In this document: in pieces, positions 34,921-46,795 of the stretch | Numbering within the stretch: position 1 is the first letter of the stretch | Layout of the letters: the number at the start of each line of letters is the position of its first letter | Assembly (NCBI RefSeq): GCF_046119375.1 | Contig: NW_027362762.1 | Coordinates: 714,612,001 to 714,676,000, forward strand | DNA from: Phyllobates terribilis | Taxonomy: Eukaryota | DNA: 64,000 nt | Reading direction: 5' to 3' | Position numbers and translations under genes: made by a program | Notes under the pieces: model-generated | Databases searched by the model: none | The model's input: only the letters and a program-made list of their open reading frames with translations | What the model was told of the DNA's origin: nothing

Positions 34921-37900
34921 TTACTCTCCCCAGGATGACACAGGGGTAGAAAAGTCGTTTCGGATCCATGATTTGTTCATCTTTATGAACGTGAGTCTGT
35001 CTACATTATCAGTGGAGAGCCGCGTGCGCTTATCTGTCAGCACACCACCAGCAGCGCTGAACACACGTTCAGACAGAACGCTGGCTGCGGGGCATGACAA
35101 GATCTCCAAGGCGTAAGTGGCTAGCTCCGGCCATTTATCCAGATTGGAAGCCCAAAAAGAGCAAGGGTCCAGTGACACAGTCGTGGCTTCAATGTTTACT
35201 TGGAGATACTCCTGTACCATCGTCTCTAGGCGTTGACTATGTGTCAGACTTCTTGTCTCCTGTGGCCTTGCAAAGGATGGGCTAAAAAAGTGGTGAAATG
35301 ATTCCGCAAAATTGATGTTACCAGCAGATACTGTGGTTCTGTTACGGTTTGAGTGCTGAACACTTGACGGTCCCACGGTTGGCAAGTTGGAACTGTGAGA
35401 TTCACTACGTGCACCACTGGTATTTTGTGGAAAAGCACATGTAAGATTCTGCAACAGTCTCTGCTGATACTCCTGCATGCGTGCATCCCTTTCTATGGCA
35501 GGAATAATTTCTGCAAATTTACTTTTGTACCGGGGATCTAACAGTGTGGCAACCCAGTAGTCAGGATTATTTCTAATTCTCACAATTCGAGGGTCATGTT
35601 GCAGGTAGTGCAGCAAGAAGGCACTCATGTGTGTTGCGCATCCAGGAGCACCAAGTCCCTGTTGTGTTGGTGGCGAGGTAACAATCATGCTTCCTTCCTC
35701 TGTCCTCTCCCCCCAACCTCGCACAACAGAAATGTGATCAAGGTCTCCCTCATCTGATGAGTCTTCCATCAGTTCGTCCTCCACTTCTTCCTGGGCTCCT
35801 GCACCTTCCTCACTAGTTTGGCTGCTACCATGCGCCCTGGTAAAATCATCTCCCCCACCCTCACATGCCTGCCGCCTTGGTGCTGCCGACCGTCTGGACC
35901 TTGCAGATGTTAGCCCTTCCGCATACAACTCCTCCTCCTCTACTTCCTCCACCTCCTCTTGTGCCACCACCTGACTCCGAATTCTGTTTAACATGTGCTC
36001 CAGCATGTAAATCACCGGAATAGTCATGCTGATAATGGCATCGTCAGCACTAAACATCTTCGTCGCCATTTCAAAACTGTGCAGAAGGGTGCATAGGTCC
36101 CTGATCTGAGACCACTCCTCCAGCGTGATTTGCCCCACCTCTGAATCTCGTTGGCCCAGGCTATACGTCAGAACGTATTGCACCAGGGCTTGTCGGTGCT
36201 GCCACAGTCGCTGCAACATGTGCAGAGTTGAATTCCACCGGGTAGGCACATCGCATTTTAGCTGGTGAAGTGGCAGGCCCAACGACTTCTGTAGAGATGT
36301 AAGTCGCTGAGCTGCGGGATGCGAACGGCGGAAGTGAGCACACAGCGACCGTGCCCTCTGCAGAAGGCCATCTAGTCTGGGATAGTGGGCTAAAAATTGC
36401 TGGACAACCAGGTTCAACACGTGAGCCATACAAGGCACGTGTGTGACATTGCCCCGGCGAAGGGCCGCACCCAGGTTTGCAGCATTGTCGCACACGGCCT
36501 TCCCTGGTTTCAGGTCCAGTGGAGACAACCATTCATGAAATTGGTTCTCCAGAGCTGACCACAACTCCTCAGCTGTGTGACTCACATTTCCCAGACATTT
36601 CAATGTAAAAACCGCCTGATGACGTTGAGCCCTACTGCCAGCATAGTAAGGAGGTGTGCAGGATCCCTTCTGCGCAATTAGAAAGCTTGTGGCATGACCA
36701 GACAGGCTTTGGGTGCAGGTGGAAGACCGAGAGGAGGTTGAGGAGGCAGAAGCAGTGGAGGAACTTTGACATAAAGAGGATTGACGCACAACTCGTGGGG
36801 ACGGCAAGACTTGGACAGCAGCCCCTTGTCCTGCTGTCACCATAGTTACCCAGTGCCCAGTCAGCGACATGTAACGCCCCTGTCCATGCCTACTCGTCCA
36901 AGTGTCTGTGGTGAAATGCACCCTGTCACACACAGAGTTTCTCAAAGAAGCGGTGATGTTGTGTACGACATGCTGGTGGAGCGCAGGCACACCTTTCTTT
37001 GAGAAGTAGTGCCGACTGGGCATCTGGTACTGGGGCACTGCGACGGACATAAGGTCTCGAAAATCCTCTGTGTCCACCAGGCGGAAAGGCAGCATTTCTG
37101 TAGCCAAGAGCTTGCAGATGGTGAAATTCAACCTCTTAGCTTTCTCATGGCTAGGAGGAAATGGTCTTTTACTTGTCCACATCTGAGGGACCGAGGGCTG
37201 GCTATTGTGCTTAGACGGGGTTGATAAGGGTGTCCCCGGCAAACTGCCGGTCTGTGAGGAAGATGCAGGCGGACATGTTAGGTTGCCTTGATCCAAAGGT
37301 GGTGCTATCGATGCCGGACAGCGCTCAAGACCAGCTGGTGTTACCACCTCCAAAGAAAATGATGACCTGCCAATCACGCTGGCTGTTGCGGGTAAAGAGG
37401 TGGCAGGTCTGCGCCCCAAAACAGGTGTGACTGCTGTCCCCCCAGTCACAGAGGATGAAGAGGCCGCGGATGCACAAGATATGGCAGACGGTGGTTGGCC
37501 CGGCCGGCTAGGCCGCATTGTAGCACACTGAGCTTCCCACTGCAACTTATGCTTCAAGTCCATGTGCCGGTTCATGCATGAAGTACTCAAACTATGTATT
37601 TTTTGGCCTCTACTTAGCTTTTGCTGACAAATGTTACAGATAACACGAGTTGGGTCATCTTTATCGATCTGAAAAAATGCCCAGGCTATGCAAGGCTTAG
37701 CACCCATGCGACCTAAAGAGCCACCACGACTTGTGGTGAGAGGCAGAGTTGTGTTTGAGGATGCAGTTGTTGACGTGCTTCCAGTACTACGTCTCTGTCC
37801 AGGAAGGCGCAACCTGACCTCATCGTCACTAGCATCTTCCTCCACCTCCTCTGCTGACCTCATCTCTTGGCTGACTGTGGGTTGACAGTAAGTGGGATCT

Positions 37901-38601
37901 CCGACCTCATCATCATCACCCTGTGCGTTTTCACACCCGTCGTCCTCAGAGCCAACCTGTTCCTGCCCTGACAAAAAACTAAAGTTGTCGCTCCAATCAG
38001 GTATTTGAGTCTTATCATCGTCTTCCTCATTGTCTCCACCAACAGGAGTTACAGTTTGGGAATGAGGGTCTACATTATGGTCAGAACCTTCTGCGTCTGG
38101 TCCTGGATCCGACTCATAATGATTCTGGGCATCAGTGCAGATCATTTCCTCGTCTGGATTCACAGAAGCGCTGGAGTCGACCTCTGATTCCCAGGCTATA
38201 GTATGAGTAAACAGCTCTGCAGACTCAACCATCTGTTCTACCTCATACTCAGACGGGCAGCTGGAGATTTGGGAGCTGTGAGGAAGCAAGTGCGATTTGG
38301 GTGACACCTTTGAGGACTGGAGTATTTGTGATGTTGAAGTTGATGTGGAGGAGAGCCCACTTAAAGGAGCACTTGATATCCGTTGAAGCACCTGCTGTTT
38401 TTGTGCCTCATCTGGAATTTGTAGCGATTGGCGTGGCCGTAAGAAAGGGATCTTATCACATTGTCCGCTAAAAGAAGTAGACATTTTAGTTTGGCTGGAA
38501 GATGGTCTTTCTTCTGCACCTACCCCACGGACACAACCTTTTTTCCCCTTCCCAACACGCCTATTCCCCTTTCCACCAGCAGCAGGCCTTTTTCCACTCA
38601 T
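34921..38601 (-). CDS. hAT transposase, 1226 aa, BED zinc finger + DDE + dimerisation domain (ZBED-like)
   Basis: AWAFF...CNICQQKL...CMNRHMDLKH (BED finger). VHFTTDTWTS, CDVPTRWNST and SVLSERVFS give D/D/E. Uninterrupted ORF inside TIRs. Confidence 0.96.
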   Translation of the reverse strand: MSGKRPAAGGKGNRRVGKGKKGCVRGVGAEERPSSSQTKMSTSFSGQCDKIPFLRPRQSLQIPDEAQKQQVLQRISSAPLSGLSSTSTSTSQILQSSKVSPKSHLLPHSSQISSCPSEYEVEQMVESAELFTHTIAWESEVDSSASVNPDEEMICTDAQNHYESDPGPDAEGSDHNVDPHSQTVTPVGGDNEEDDDKTQIPDWSDNFSFLSGQEQVGSEDDGCENAQGDDDEVGDPTYCQPTVSQEMRSAEEVEEDASDDEVRLRLPGQRRSTGSTSTTASSNTTLPLTTSRGGSLGRMGAKPCIAWAFFQIDKDDPTRVICNICQQKLSRGQKIHSLSTSCMNRHMDLKHKLQWEAQCATMRPSRPGQPPSAISCASAASSSSVTGGTAVTPVLGRRPATSLPATASVIGRSSFSLEVVTPAGLERCPASIAPPLDQGNLTCPPASSSQTGSLPGTPLSTPSKHNSQPSVPQMWTSKRPFPPSHEKAKRLNFTICKLLATEMLPFRLVDTEDFRDLMSVAVPQYQMPSRHYFSKKGVPALHQHVVHNITASLRNSVCDRVHFTTDTWTSRHGQGRYMSLTGHWVTMVTAGQGAAVQVLPSPRVVRQSSLCQSSSTASASSTSSRSSTCTQSLSGHATSFLIAQKGSCTPPYYAGSRAQRHQAVFTLKCLGNVSHTAEELWSALENQFHEWLSPLDLKPGKAVCDNAANLGAALRRGNVTHVPCMAHVLNLVVQQFLAHYPRLDGLLQRARSLCAHFRRSHPAAQRLTSLQKSLGLPLHQLKCDVPTRWNSTLHMLQRLWQHRQALVQYVLTYSLGQRDSEVGQITLEEWSQIRDLCTLLHSFEMATKMFSADDAIISMTIPVIYMLEHMLNRIRSQVVAQEEVEEVEEEELYAEGLTSARSRRSAAPRRQACEGGGDDFTRAHGSSQTSEEGAGAQEEVEDELMEDSSDEGDLDHISVVRGWGERTEEGSMIVTSPPTQQGLGAPGCATHMSAFLLHYLQHDPRIVRIRNNPDYWVATLLDPRYKSKFAEIIPAIERDARMQEYQQRLLQNLTCAFPQNTSGARSESHSSNLPTVGPSSVQHSNRNRTTVSAGNINFAESFHHFFSPSFARPQETRSLTHSQRLETMVQEYLQVNIEATTVSLDPCSFWASNLDKWPELATYALEILSCPAASVLSERVFSAAGGVLTDKRTRLSTDNVDRLTFIKMNKSWIRNDFSTPVSSWGE

Positions 38602-38720
38602 TTTGGTGGTTAACTAATTCACAACTCTGGAGTTGTTTGCACAAAAAAACAATGGATGGTAACCGAGCAGAGCTGAGTGGCCAAACTGTGGTATTAGGCC
38701 AAAACTATTGGCTGGGTTAG

Positions 38721-40323
38721 ATGCAGAAAAAAATTATTTTTAATTTGCAACCTGATGGAGGTCAGTATAGATGGACTAATAGACCAAGTCCCACACACCG
38801 CTAGAAGCCCAAATATTTTTTCAGAGCTAGATGCAGAAAATTTTTTTATTCAATTTGCAACCTGATGGAGGTCAGTATAGATGGACTAATAGACCAAGTC
38901 CCACACACTGCTAGAAGCCCAAATATTTTTTCAGAGCTAGATGCAGAAAAAAATTATTTTTAATTTGCAACCTGATGGAGGTCAGTATAGATGGACTAAT
39001 AGACCAAGTCCCACACACCGCTTGAAGCCCAAATATTTTTTCAGAGCTAGATGCAGAAAAAAATTATATTCAATTTGCAACCTGCTGGAGGTCAGTATAG
39101 AAGGACTAATAGAACAAGTCCCACACACTGCTAGAAGCCCAAATATTTTTTCAGAGCTAAATGAAGAAAAAAATTATTTTTAATTTGCAACCTGATGGAG
39201 GTCAGTATAGATGGACTAATAGACCAAGTCCCACACACTGCTAGAAGCCCAAATATTTTTTCAGAGCTAGATGCAGAAAAAAATTATTTTTAATTTGCAA
39301 CCTGATGGAGGTCAGTATAGATGGACTAATAGAACAAGTCCCACACGCTGCTAGAAGCCCAAATATTTTTTCAGAGATAAATTAAGAAAAAAATTATTTT
39401 TAATTTGCAACCTGATGGAGGTCAGTATAGATGGACTAATAGACCAAGTCCCACACACTGCTAGAAGCCCAAATATTTTTTCAGAGCTAGATGCAGAAAA
39501 AAATTATTTTTAATTTGCAACCTGATGGAGGTCAGTATAGATGGACTAATAGAACAAGTCCCACACGCTGCTAGAAGCCCAAATATTTTTTCAGAGCTAA
39601 ATGAAGAAAAAAATTATTTTTAATTTGCAACCTGATGGAGGTCAGTATAGATGGACTAATAGACCAAGTCCCACACACTGCTAGAAGCCCAAATATTTTT
39701 TCAGAGCTAGATGCAGAAAAAAATTATTTTTAATTTGCAACCTGATGGAGGTCAGTATAGATGGACTAATAGACCAAGTCCCACACACCGCTAGAAGCCC
39801 AAATATTTTTTCAGAGCTAGATGCAGAAATTTTTTTTATTCAATTTGCAACCTGATGGAGGTCAGTATAGATGGACTAATAGATCAAGTCCCACACACTG
39901 CTAGAAGCCCAAATATTTTTTCAGAGCTAGATGCAGAAAAAAATTATTTTTAATTTGCAACCTGATGGAGGTCAGTATAGATGGACTAATAGAACAAGTC
40001 CCACACACTGCTAGAAGCCCAAATATTTTTTCAGAGCTAGATGCAGAAAAAAATTATTTTTAATTTGCAACCTGATGGAGGTCAGTATAGATGGACTAAT
40101 AGAACAAGTCCCACACGCTGCTAGAAGCCCAAATATTTTTTCAGAGATAAATGAAGAAAAAAATTATTTTTAATTTGCAACCTGATGGAGGTCAGTATAG
40201 ATGGACTAATAGACCAAGTCCCACACACTGCTAGAAGCCCAAATATTTTTTCAGAGCTAGATGCAGAAAAAAATTATTTTTAATTTGCAACCTGATGGAG
40301 GTCAGTATAGATGGACTAATAGA
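38721..40323. repeat. 110-bp satellite array (about 14.6 copies) in the hAT 5' region
   Basis: atg(c/a)agaaaa recurs every 110 bp from 38721 to 40261. Confidence 0.97.
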
Positions 40324-42779
40324 ATGATGCTATGCCCAAAAGATTTTACTTCACTAGGTGCAGTAAAAAAATTGGTATTCTATACACAGGTGGTATATCT
40401 TGCAACACAGATAGGCTACTCCACTGACTAACACACTCTGCAATAGGCCAAAAAGGATTAGCTTTGCTAGATTCAGCCAAATGCTGTGAAAAAAACTTGC
40501 ACAGCACTGGCACAGACCTGCCTGGCAAAAACTGATAGGAACTGATGTAACCTAGTCCTGAAAAGGACTCCAATTACAATTAGTCTTTACTCCCACAATC
40601 TATCTATTTAAGAGCACAGACCTGCTTGATAAAAGTCGTAGGAAATGCTGTAACCTAGTCCTTAAAAGGACTGCAATCACAACTGTTCCCTACTCCCAAG
40701 CTATCTGTAGATTTGTGCGAAAATTGGCTTGAAATTAACAAGGTATAGCGCACACAGCAACAGCGGTGCCGTCTAACACGCAGCTGCAGCAGTGAGAAAA
40801 TGGTGGCGACGGGGAAAATGGCTTGGTCTTATAGGGCAAGGACATGTGACATATACTGCCAATCACACATGCCCTTGCTTGTGTGAAAAAAAGCACTTCG
40901 CTCCGTGTGTGCGCTGCTGATAGGCTGACAGATTGCACCTCCCCACTGCAAATGCGGGAAAGAGAAAAAAAAATGGAGATCTTCATTGTTCCTGCAGAGA
41001 TCCATCCCCTGCCCCTCCCCCCGCCCCGCTGTACACTCAAACTGCGTATTAACATTAATTTTCATCATTACTAAGAAAAAATCCAGTTATGATTTTGGTG
41101 CACGAACAGTTATCGAACATAACCTCGAACAGCCGAATTTTTCTCAAATTGTTCGTGTTCGCCGACCGGCTCGAACACCGCCCAAAACAGCTCGAATTTG
41201 AGATTGGCGAACAGTTCGAGTAGAACAACGCTCATCTCTAGTTACAGCATAGTGGAAGGGATTTCTAGAAAACCTATGTCCACTATGCGTGCATCTGAGG
41301 CTGCGGATCACCCGCGGACTCTGACATGCGGCGCATCATTCAGGACCGCTGCATGACGAATTCTCTTGTGGAGTCGCTAGTCTCCGTAACAGAAATTTGA
41401 CCACTAGAATGTATTGAATGCCGTAAATATGCATGATTAAGAGAACACATGTGGATTTACCTGCGTTCAATAGAACACAGCGTTTTGGAAGCAGCAAAAA
41501 TATGCTGCATCCAAAGAGCAGCTATGTCCGGATCTTGGGCACAAGATTTAAAAAATGGCATGGGCTCCCACATCATTTTTATAACCAGCAGAGGGAAAGC
41601 CGACCTCAGGGGGCTGATATTAGTAGCCAGGGAAGGGGCCATTAGCCAAAAATGTTCCCTGGCTATTAATAACAGCTCACAGCTGTTTGCTTAGCCTTTA
41701 TTGGTTAGATTACAGGGGGACCCCAGAAAAAAATTGACGTAGAGTCCCCCTATAAAATCTAACCAGAAAAGGCTAAACAGAGAGCTGTGGGCTGATATTA
41801 ATAGCCAGGGAAGGGGCCATGGACCCTGGCCCCCTCTGTGGCTAATAATATCACCCCTCAGCAGTCCCAGAAATGGCGCATCCATAGGATGCACCAAATC
41901 TGACACTTAACCTCTGCTCTTCCCATTGCTGTGTAGCGGTGGCAAGTGGGGTAATGGGGATGGGGTTAGTAATAAGATAAGACGCCCTCATTATTAACCC
42001 CATAGTTAAGTTTTTGACGCTTTTTCAATAAAGGCACTGCCAGAATAAAGTATTTTATTGAAATAAAATGACACACAATTTTAATAATTTTTTTATTGTT
42101 CTCTCAATCCTCGATGCCCTAGTCTCCTGAAAAAAAAAACAAAAATAAAAAACAACCATAGCACTGGTGCCGTAAACTGAGGTCCCAGACCTCATCAACT
42201 TATCTCCAGCTGATGAACTCGCATGACCTCAGCCGGCAGCAGTGATGTACACTGCTTGAAGCGAGCGCGATCCTGTCAGTGTACCGCCGGCCGGTGGGAT
42301 GATCTCGTCGCCGGGGGACATCAGGAGGATGGCGGGACACCGGGGGACACCGGACAGGTGAGGATAAAAGGTGTTTTTTATTTTAAACAGATTTTTACTT
42401 TTTTTTTTTTCACCGCTCACAGCCCCGACTCGGCTGAGGAGCCTACTTCTAACCTCAGCCGCACTGTTCTCGCTGTTATCAGCGGTTGGATGCTGGGAGA
42501 CATAGTCTTCTTCCCCGGCCCGGGTACCATTCTTTGAGCGTTTTTGCGTTGCGTAAATGCTGCAAAGAATGGACATGCTGCGTAATTTAACGCAATGACA
42601 ATCCTGAGCGGAAATTTTCCGCATCATGTACACAGCACATCAGGATTGCCAATGCATTTGATGGCAGACTGATTACCTAGCGTTTTTGTTGCATTTCCGA
42701 GTGCAAAAAATGCTGTGAAAATGCATCAAAAATGCATCAAAAATTCTCAGCGTGCACTTAACCTAAGCGTGGATGGGCT

Positions 42780-43190
42780 GAAGAAGAGGAGGAGGAAGAG
42801 TGGGAGGAGGAAATAGTCGTTCTCCTGATGGGGACAGGGAAGTTTTGCCTGTTGGGCACACATGGCTGACTTTATGTCCTCTGTCTTTCCCATGACCCTC
42901 GCGTTATATTCATTTTGGCCAACACTGATTACTGGTTGTTCACCCTCCTTTCCATCTCTCCTTTCTGCGTTGGAGAGGGCTAGTAAAATGGTGCAATACC
43001 AGAAGGCCCTAGTAGAACAATTAGTAAAAAAATTCCCATCTGGCAATGCTGACGGCAGAGGTCATAGATCCTTGGATATCCAAGGAGGTGAGACAAGGGT
43101 GACACACACCAGGTCCAACAAAGGTAGATGAAAACTATCAAAGGTCTGGGACACTTATTAGACTGATATGCGGGGTAGTCCTCACTCAAA
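42780..43190 (+). pseudogene. hAT transposase C-terminal fragment
   Basis: MADFM...ERASKMVQYQKALVEQLVKKFP resembles the post-acidic segment of hAT transposases. Confidence 0.65.
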
Positions 43191-44251
43191 ATTTTTAGAG
43201 AGTCATCATGTGACCCTCGCTCTTAATTTTTACAGGGTGTGTATAATGCCCTCACTCATAATTTCTACAGGATGTGTATGAGGCCTACCTCTACAATTCT
43301 TTTACATATAAATAAATATGTATACCCCAAGGGGTAAATGTTTTTCAGCCCTTGCACTTAAAGCTTAGGCTTTATTAGTCTAGGAGTTCCACTCCTTAAA
43401 AATGGGGAAAAAATGTTTTCTAAGGCCTTCCTCTACATGTATTTTAAGGTGAGGAGATACTGGACAATGGCAGATTAAATATGTCAATACAATATAGGAA
43501 AGACAATGTCAATCACACTTGAATTAAATTGACACATGTCTGCCCAGACTAAGAATGTCTGACCATTCGGGAAATTATAATACCTACAAGAAAAACCGGA
43601 CAAAAAGGTCATCAAAGGACTGGACTACAGTAAGTAGAATAAAAGATCTTTATTAGTACAACCATGGTTATGGAAATACACTGCACAAAGGAGTGCACAC
43701 ACACATAAACAAACAATATTAACCCCTTAATAACATCTGACGTACTAATACGCGTCTGTGCCCTGGGACTTAAGAGCCAGACCCGTATTAGTACGTCATA
43801 TCTTTAATGCGGCACCGCGACTTAAGTCGCGGTGACAGCATTAAAGTTACGGTGCCATCTTACCTCCTGGTAGATGGCGTCATCATCCCGGGGGCTGTCG
43901 CCGCCCCCCCGCACCAGCGATCGCTGTGATTGGCTGTTCAAATCTGAACAGCCAATCACAGCATTTCTCACTGTTTCCGGCAATGTGATTGCCGGAAACA
44001 GTGATCTGCAGCCTAGGATCGGTGCTCCTATGAGCACCGATCCTAGACTGTTGCTCGGACACCCCAGCCCTGGCCCCGGACTGCTATGATCGGTGCAATC
44101 GCCGATCACATCGATCGCACCGATCGTAGCGCGACCGCGCGGTGACAGGGCGGTCATGGGGCGGTGACCGGCTTGTGACCTGCCTGTCACCGCCCCATGA
44201 CCCCCTGTAATGTGATTCAAGCCCCCAGACTGCTGTGATTGGAGCGATAGA

Positions 44252-44503
44252 TGATGACATCGATCGCTCCAATCAGAGTACCTGAATACAGGTGACCAGG
44301 CAGTCACAGGGAGGTGTCACCCCTCTGTGACCCCCTGTGGTGCGTGCTCTGCTCCAGCCATGTCTGATTGGTGCAATCAGTGTCACCAATCAGATGGCTG
44401 GGGCACAACATGCACCACAGGGGGTCACAGAGGGGTGACACCTCCCTGTGACCGCCTGGTCACCTGTATTCAGGTACTCTGATTGGAGCGATCGATGTCA
44501 TCA
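44252..44503. repeat. About 250-bp hairpin in the piggyBac 5' region
   Basis: gatgacatcgatcgctccaatcagagtacctgaatacagg... pairs with ...cctgtattcaggtactctgattggagcgatcgatgtcatc. Confidence 0.92.
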
Positions 44504-44699
44504 ATGATTGCTCCAATCAGATTACCTCCACCTGTCACCACCCCATCATCACCCTGTGACCGCCCTGCAGACCCTCACATTTGGTGAGGATTTCTACAGA
44601 GCGATCACATCTGATGTGTCTGTGCTGGGCCTTGTAGTGCCACAGAATATTCTGTGACACCACAAGACCATCTTCTCACTGTTCCAGTCGCTGCTGCTG

Positions 44700-46570
44700 C
44701 CGCTGCTCCTGGATCTTCTGTTCCAGCGTCCTGGATCTTCTGCTCCAGCTCCTGGATCTTCTGCTCCTGACCTGCTGTGGTTCCTGCTCCAGAGCCTGCT
44801 GCTGATCCTGCAGAGAAGACTTTGGTAAGTCTGTTCTCCCCTCATCCACCCCAATCCCCCCTCCCCCCTCTTTTTACCCCCCTTACCTTTTTTTTCTGCG
44901 TCCTGCAGCGGTCTCCAGCTCTGGTCCGAGTCTCCAGCTCCACTCCCGGTCACCAGCGCCGGGCTCCTGGTCACCAGCGCCGGGCTCCTGGTCACCAGCG
45001 CCGGGCTCCCGGTCTCCTGCTCTGGGTCTTCTGTTCCAGTCCTGCTGACCCTTTGGTAAGTCCATCTCTGATCTCCCCTCATTCACCCCAATCCCCCTCT
45101 TCCCACTCCCCTGTCTTTTTACCCCTCTTCCCACTCCCCTGTCTTTTAACCCCCCTTCCCACCCCAGTGTCCCTGTTAATTCTTTTGCTTCTGATCTCCA
45201 GCTCCAGTACCGGTCTCCTGCTCCGGGCTCCTAGTCTCCTGCACCGGGCTCCTGGTCTCCTGCACCGGGCTCCTGGTCTCCTGCACTGGGCTACTGGTCT
45301 CCTGCTCCGGGCTCCTGGTCTCCTGCTCCGGGTTCCTGGTCTCCTGCTCTGGGTCTTCTGTTCCAGTCCTGCTGACCCTTTGGTAAGTCCATCTCTGATC
45401 TCCCCTCATCCACCCCAATCCCCCTCTTCCCCCTCTTCCCACTCCCCTGTCTTTTTACCCCTCTTCCCACTCCCCTGTCTTTTAACCCCCCTTCCCACCC
45501 CAGTGTCCCTGTTAATTCTTTTGCTTCTGATCTCCAGCTATAGTACCGGTCTCCTGCACTGGGCTCCTGGTCTCCTGCACCGGGCTCCTGGTCTCCTGCA
45601 CCGGGCTCCTGGTCTCCTGCACCGGGCTCCTGGTCTCCTGCTCTGGGTCTTCTGTTCCAGTCCTGCTGACCCTTTGGTAAGTCCATCTCTGATCTCCCCT
45701 CATCCACCCCAATCCCCCTCTTCCCACTCCCCTGTCTTTTTACCCCTCTTCCCACTCCCCTGTCTTTTTACCCCCCTTCCCACCCCAATCCGCCTCACCC
45801 CAGTGTCCCTGTTAATTCTTTTGCTTCTGATCTCCAGCTCCAGTACCAGTCTCCTGCTCCGGGCTCCTGGTCTCCTGCTCCGGGCTCCTGGTCTACTGCT
45901 CCCGGGCTCCTGCGCCGGGCTCCCGGTCACCAGCTTCGGGCTCCCGGTCAACAGCGCCGGGCTCCTGGTCTCCTGCACCGGGCTCCTGGTCTCCTTCACC
46001 GGGCTCTTGGTCTCCTGCACCGGGCTCCTGGTCTCCTGCTCCGGGTTCCTGGTCTCCTGCTCCGGGCTCCTGGGCTCCTGCTCTGGGTCTTCTGTTCCAG
46101 TCCTGCTGACCCTTTGGTAAGTCCATCTCTGATCTCCCCTCATCCACCCCAATCCCCCTCTTCCCACTCTCCTGTCTTTTTACCCCTCTTCCCACTCCCC
46201 TGTCTTTTTACCCCCCTTCCCATCCCAATCCGCCTCACCCCAGTGTCCCTGTTAATTCTTTTGCTTCTGATCTCCAGCTCCAGTACCAGTCTCCTGCTCC
46301 GTGCTCCTGGTCTCCTGCTCCGGGCTCCCGTCTTCCTGCTCCGGGCTACCGGTCTCCTGCTCCGGGCTCCCGTCTTCCTGCTCCGGGCTCCCGTCTTCCT
46401 GCTCCGGGCTCCCGGTCTCCTGCTCCGGGCTCCCGTCTTCCTGCTCCGGGCTCCCGGTCTCCTGCTCCGGGCTCCCGGTCACCAGCGCCGGGCTCCCGGT
46501 CACCAGCGCCGGGCTCCTGCTACGGGCTCCCGGTCCTGAAAGAACAGAGAGGACTTTGGTAAGTAATCTG
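44700..46570 (+). repeat. Tandem composite repeats with splice donor/acceptor motifs and nested 21-bp minisatellite
   Basis: TTTG|GTAAGT at 44825, 45056, 45383, 45677, 46117 and 46559. Pyrimidine tract + CAG acceptors lie between them. Confidence 0.85.
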
Positions 46571-46795
46571 ATCTCCCCTCATCCAACCCAATTCCCCTCT
46601 TCCCACTCCCCACACATTTGTGCGCACATCCAGCAGCCGCCGAGTATTGATCGGTGGCATAGTTCACCAATCCACACTCGTGCTCGCTGTTTGCACCACA
46701 TACAGTATTTCCTTTTTCCACACACTCTAAATAAAGTACTGACACACACACACTCTCAAAGAATTGACACACACGCACCACATACATAACAAACA

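Larger units (their letters stand above)
30447..41240 (-). mobile_element. Full-length hAT DNA transposon (10,794 bp) with cargo
   Basis: TIRs TAGTGTTGAGC / GCTCATCTCTA. Perfect 8-bp TSD GTTACAGC at 30439-30446 and 41241-41248. Intact transposase. Confidence 0.95.

Noticed and set aside
44777-46120. 447-aa ORF upstream of the transposase
   Set aside because: Low-complexity read-through of tandem repeats, including the intron-like parts. It uses a non-ATG start and has no domain signal.
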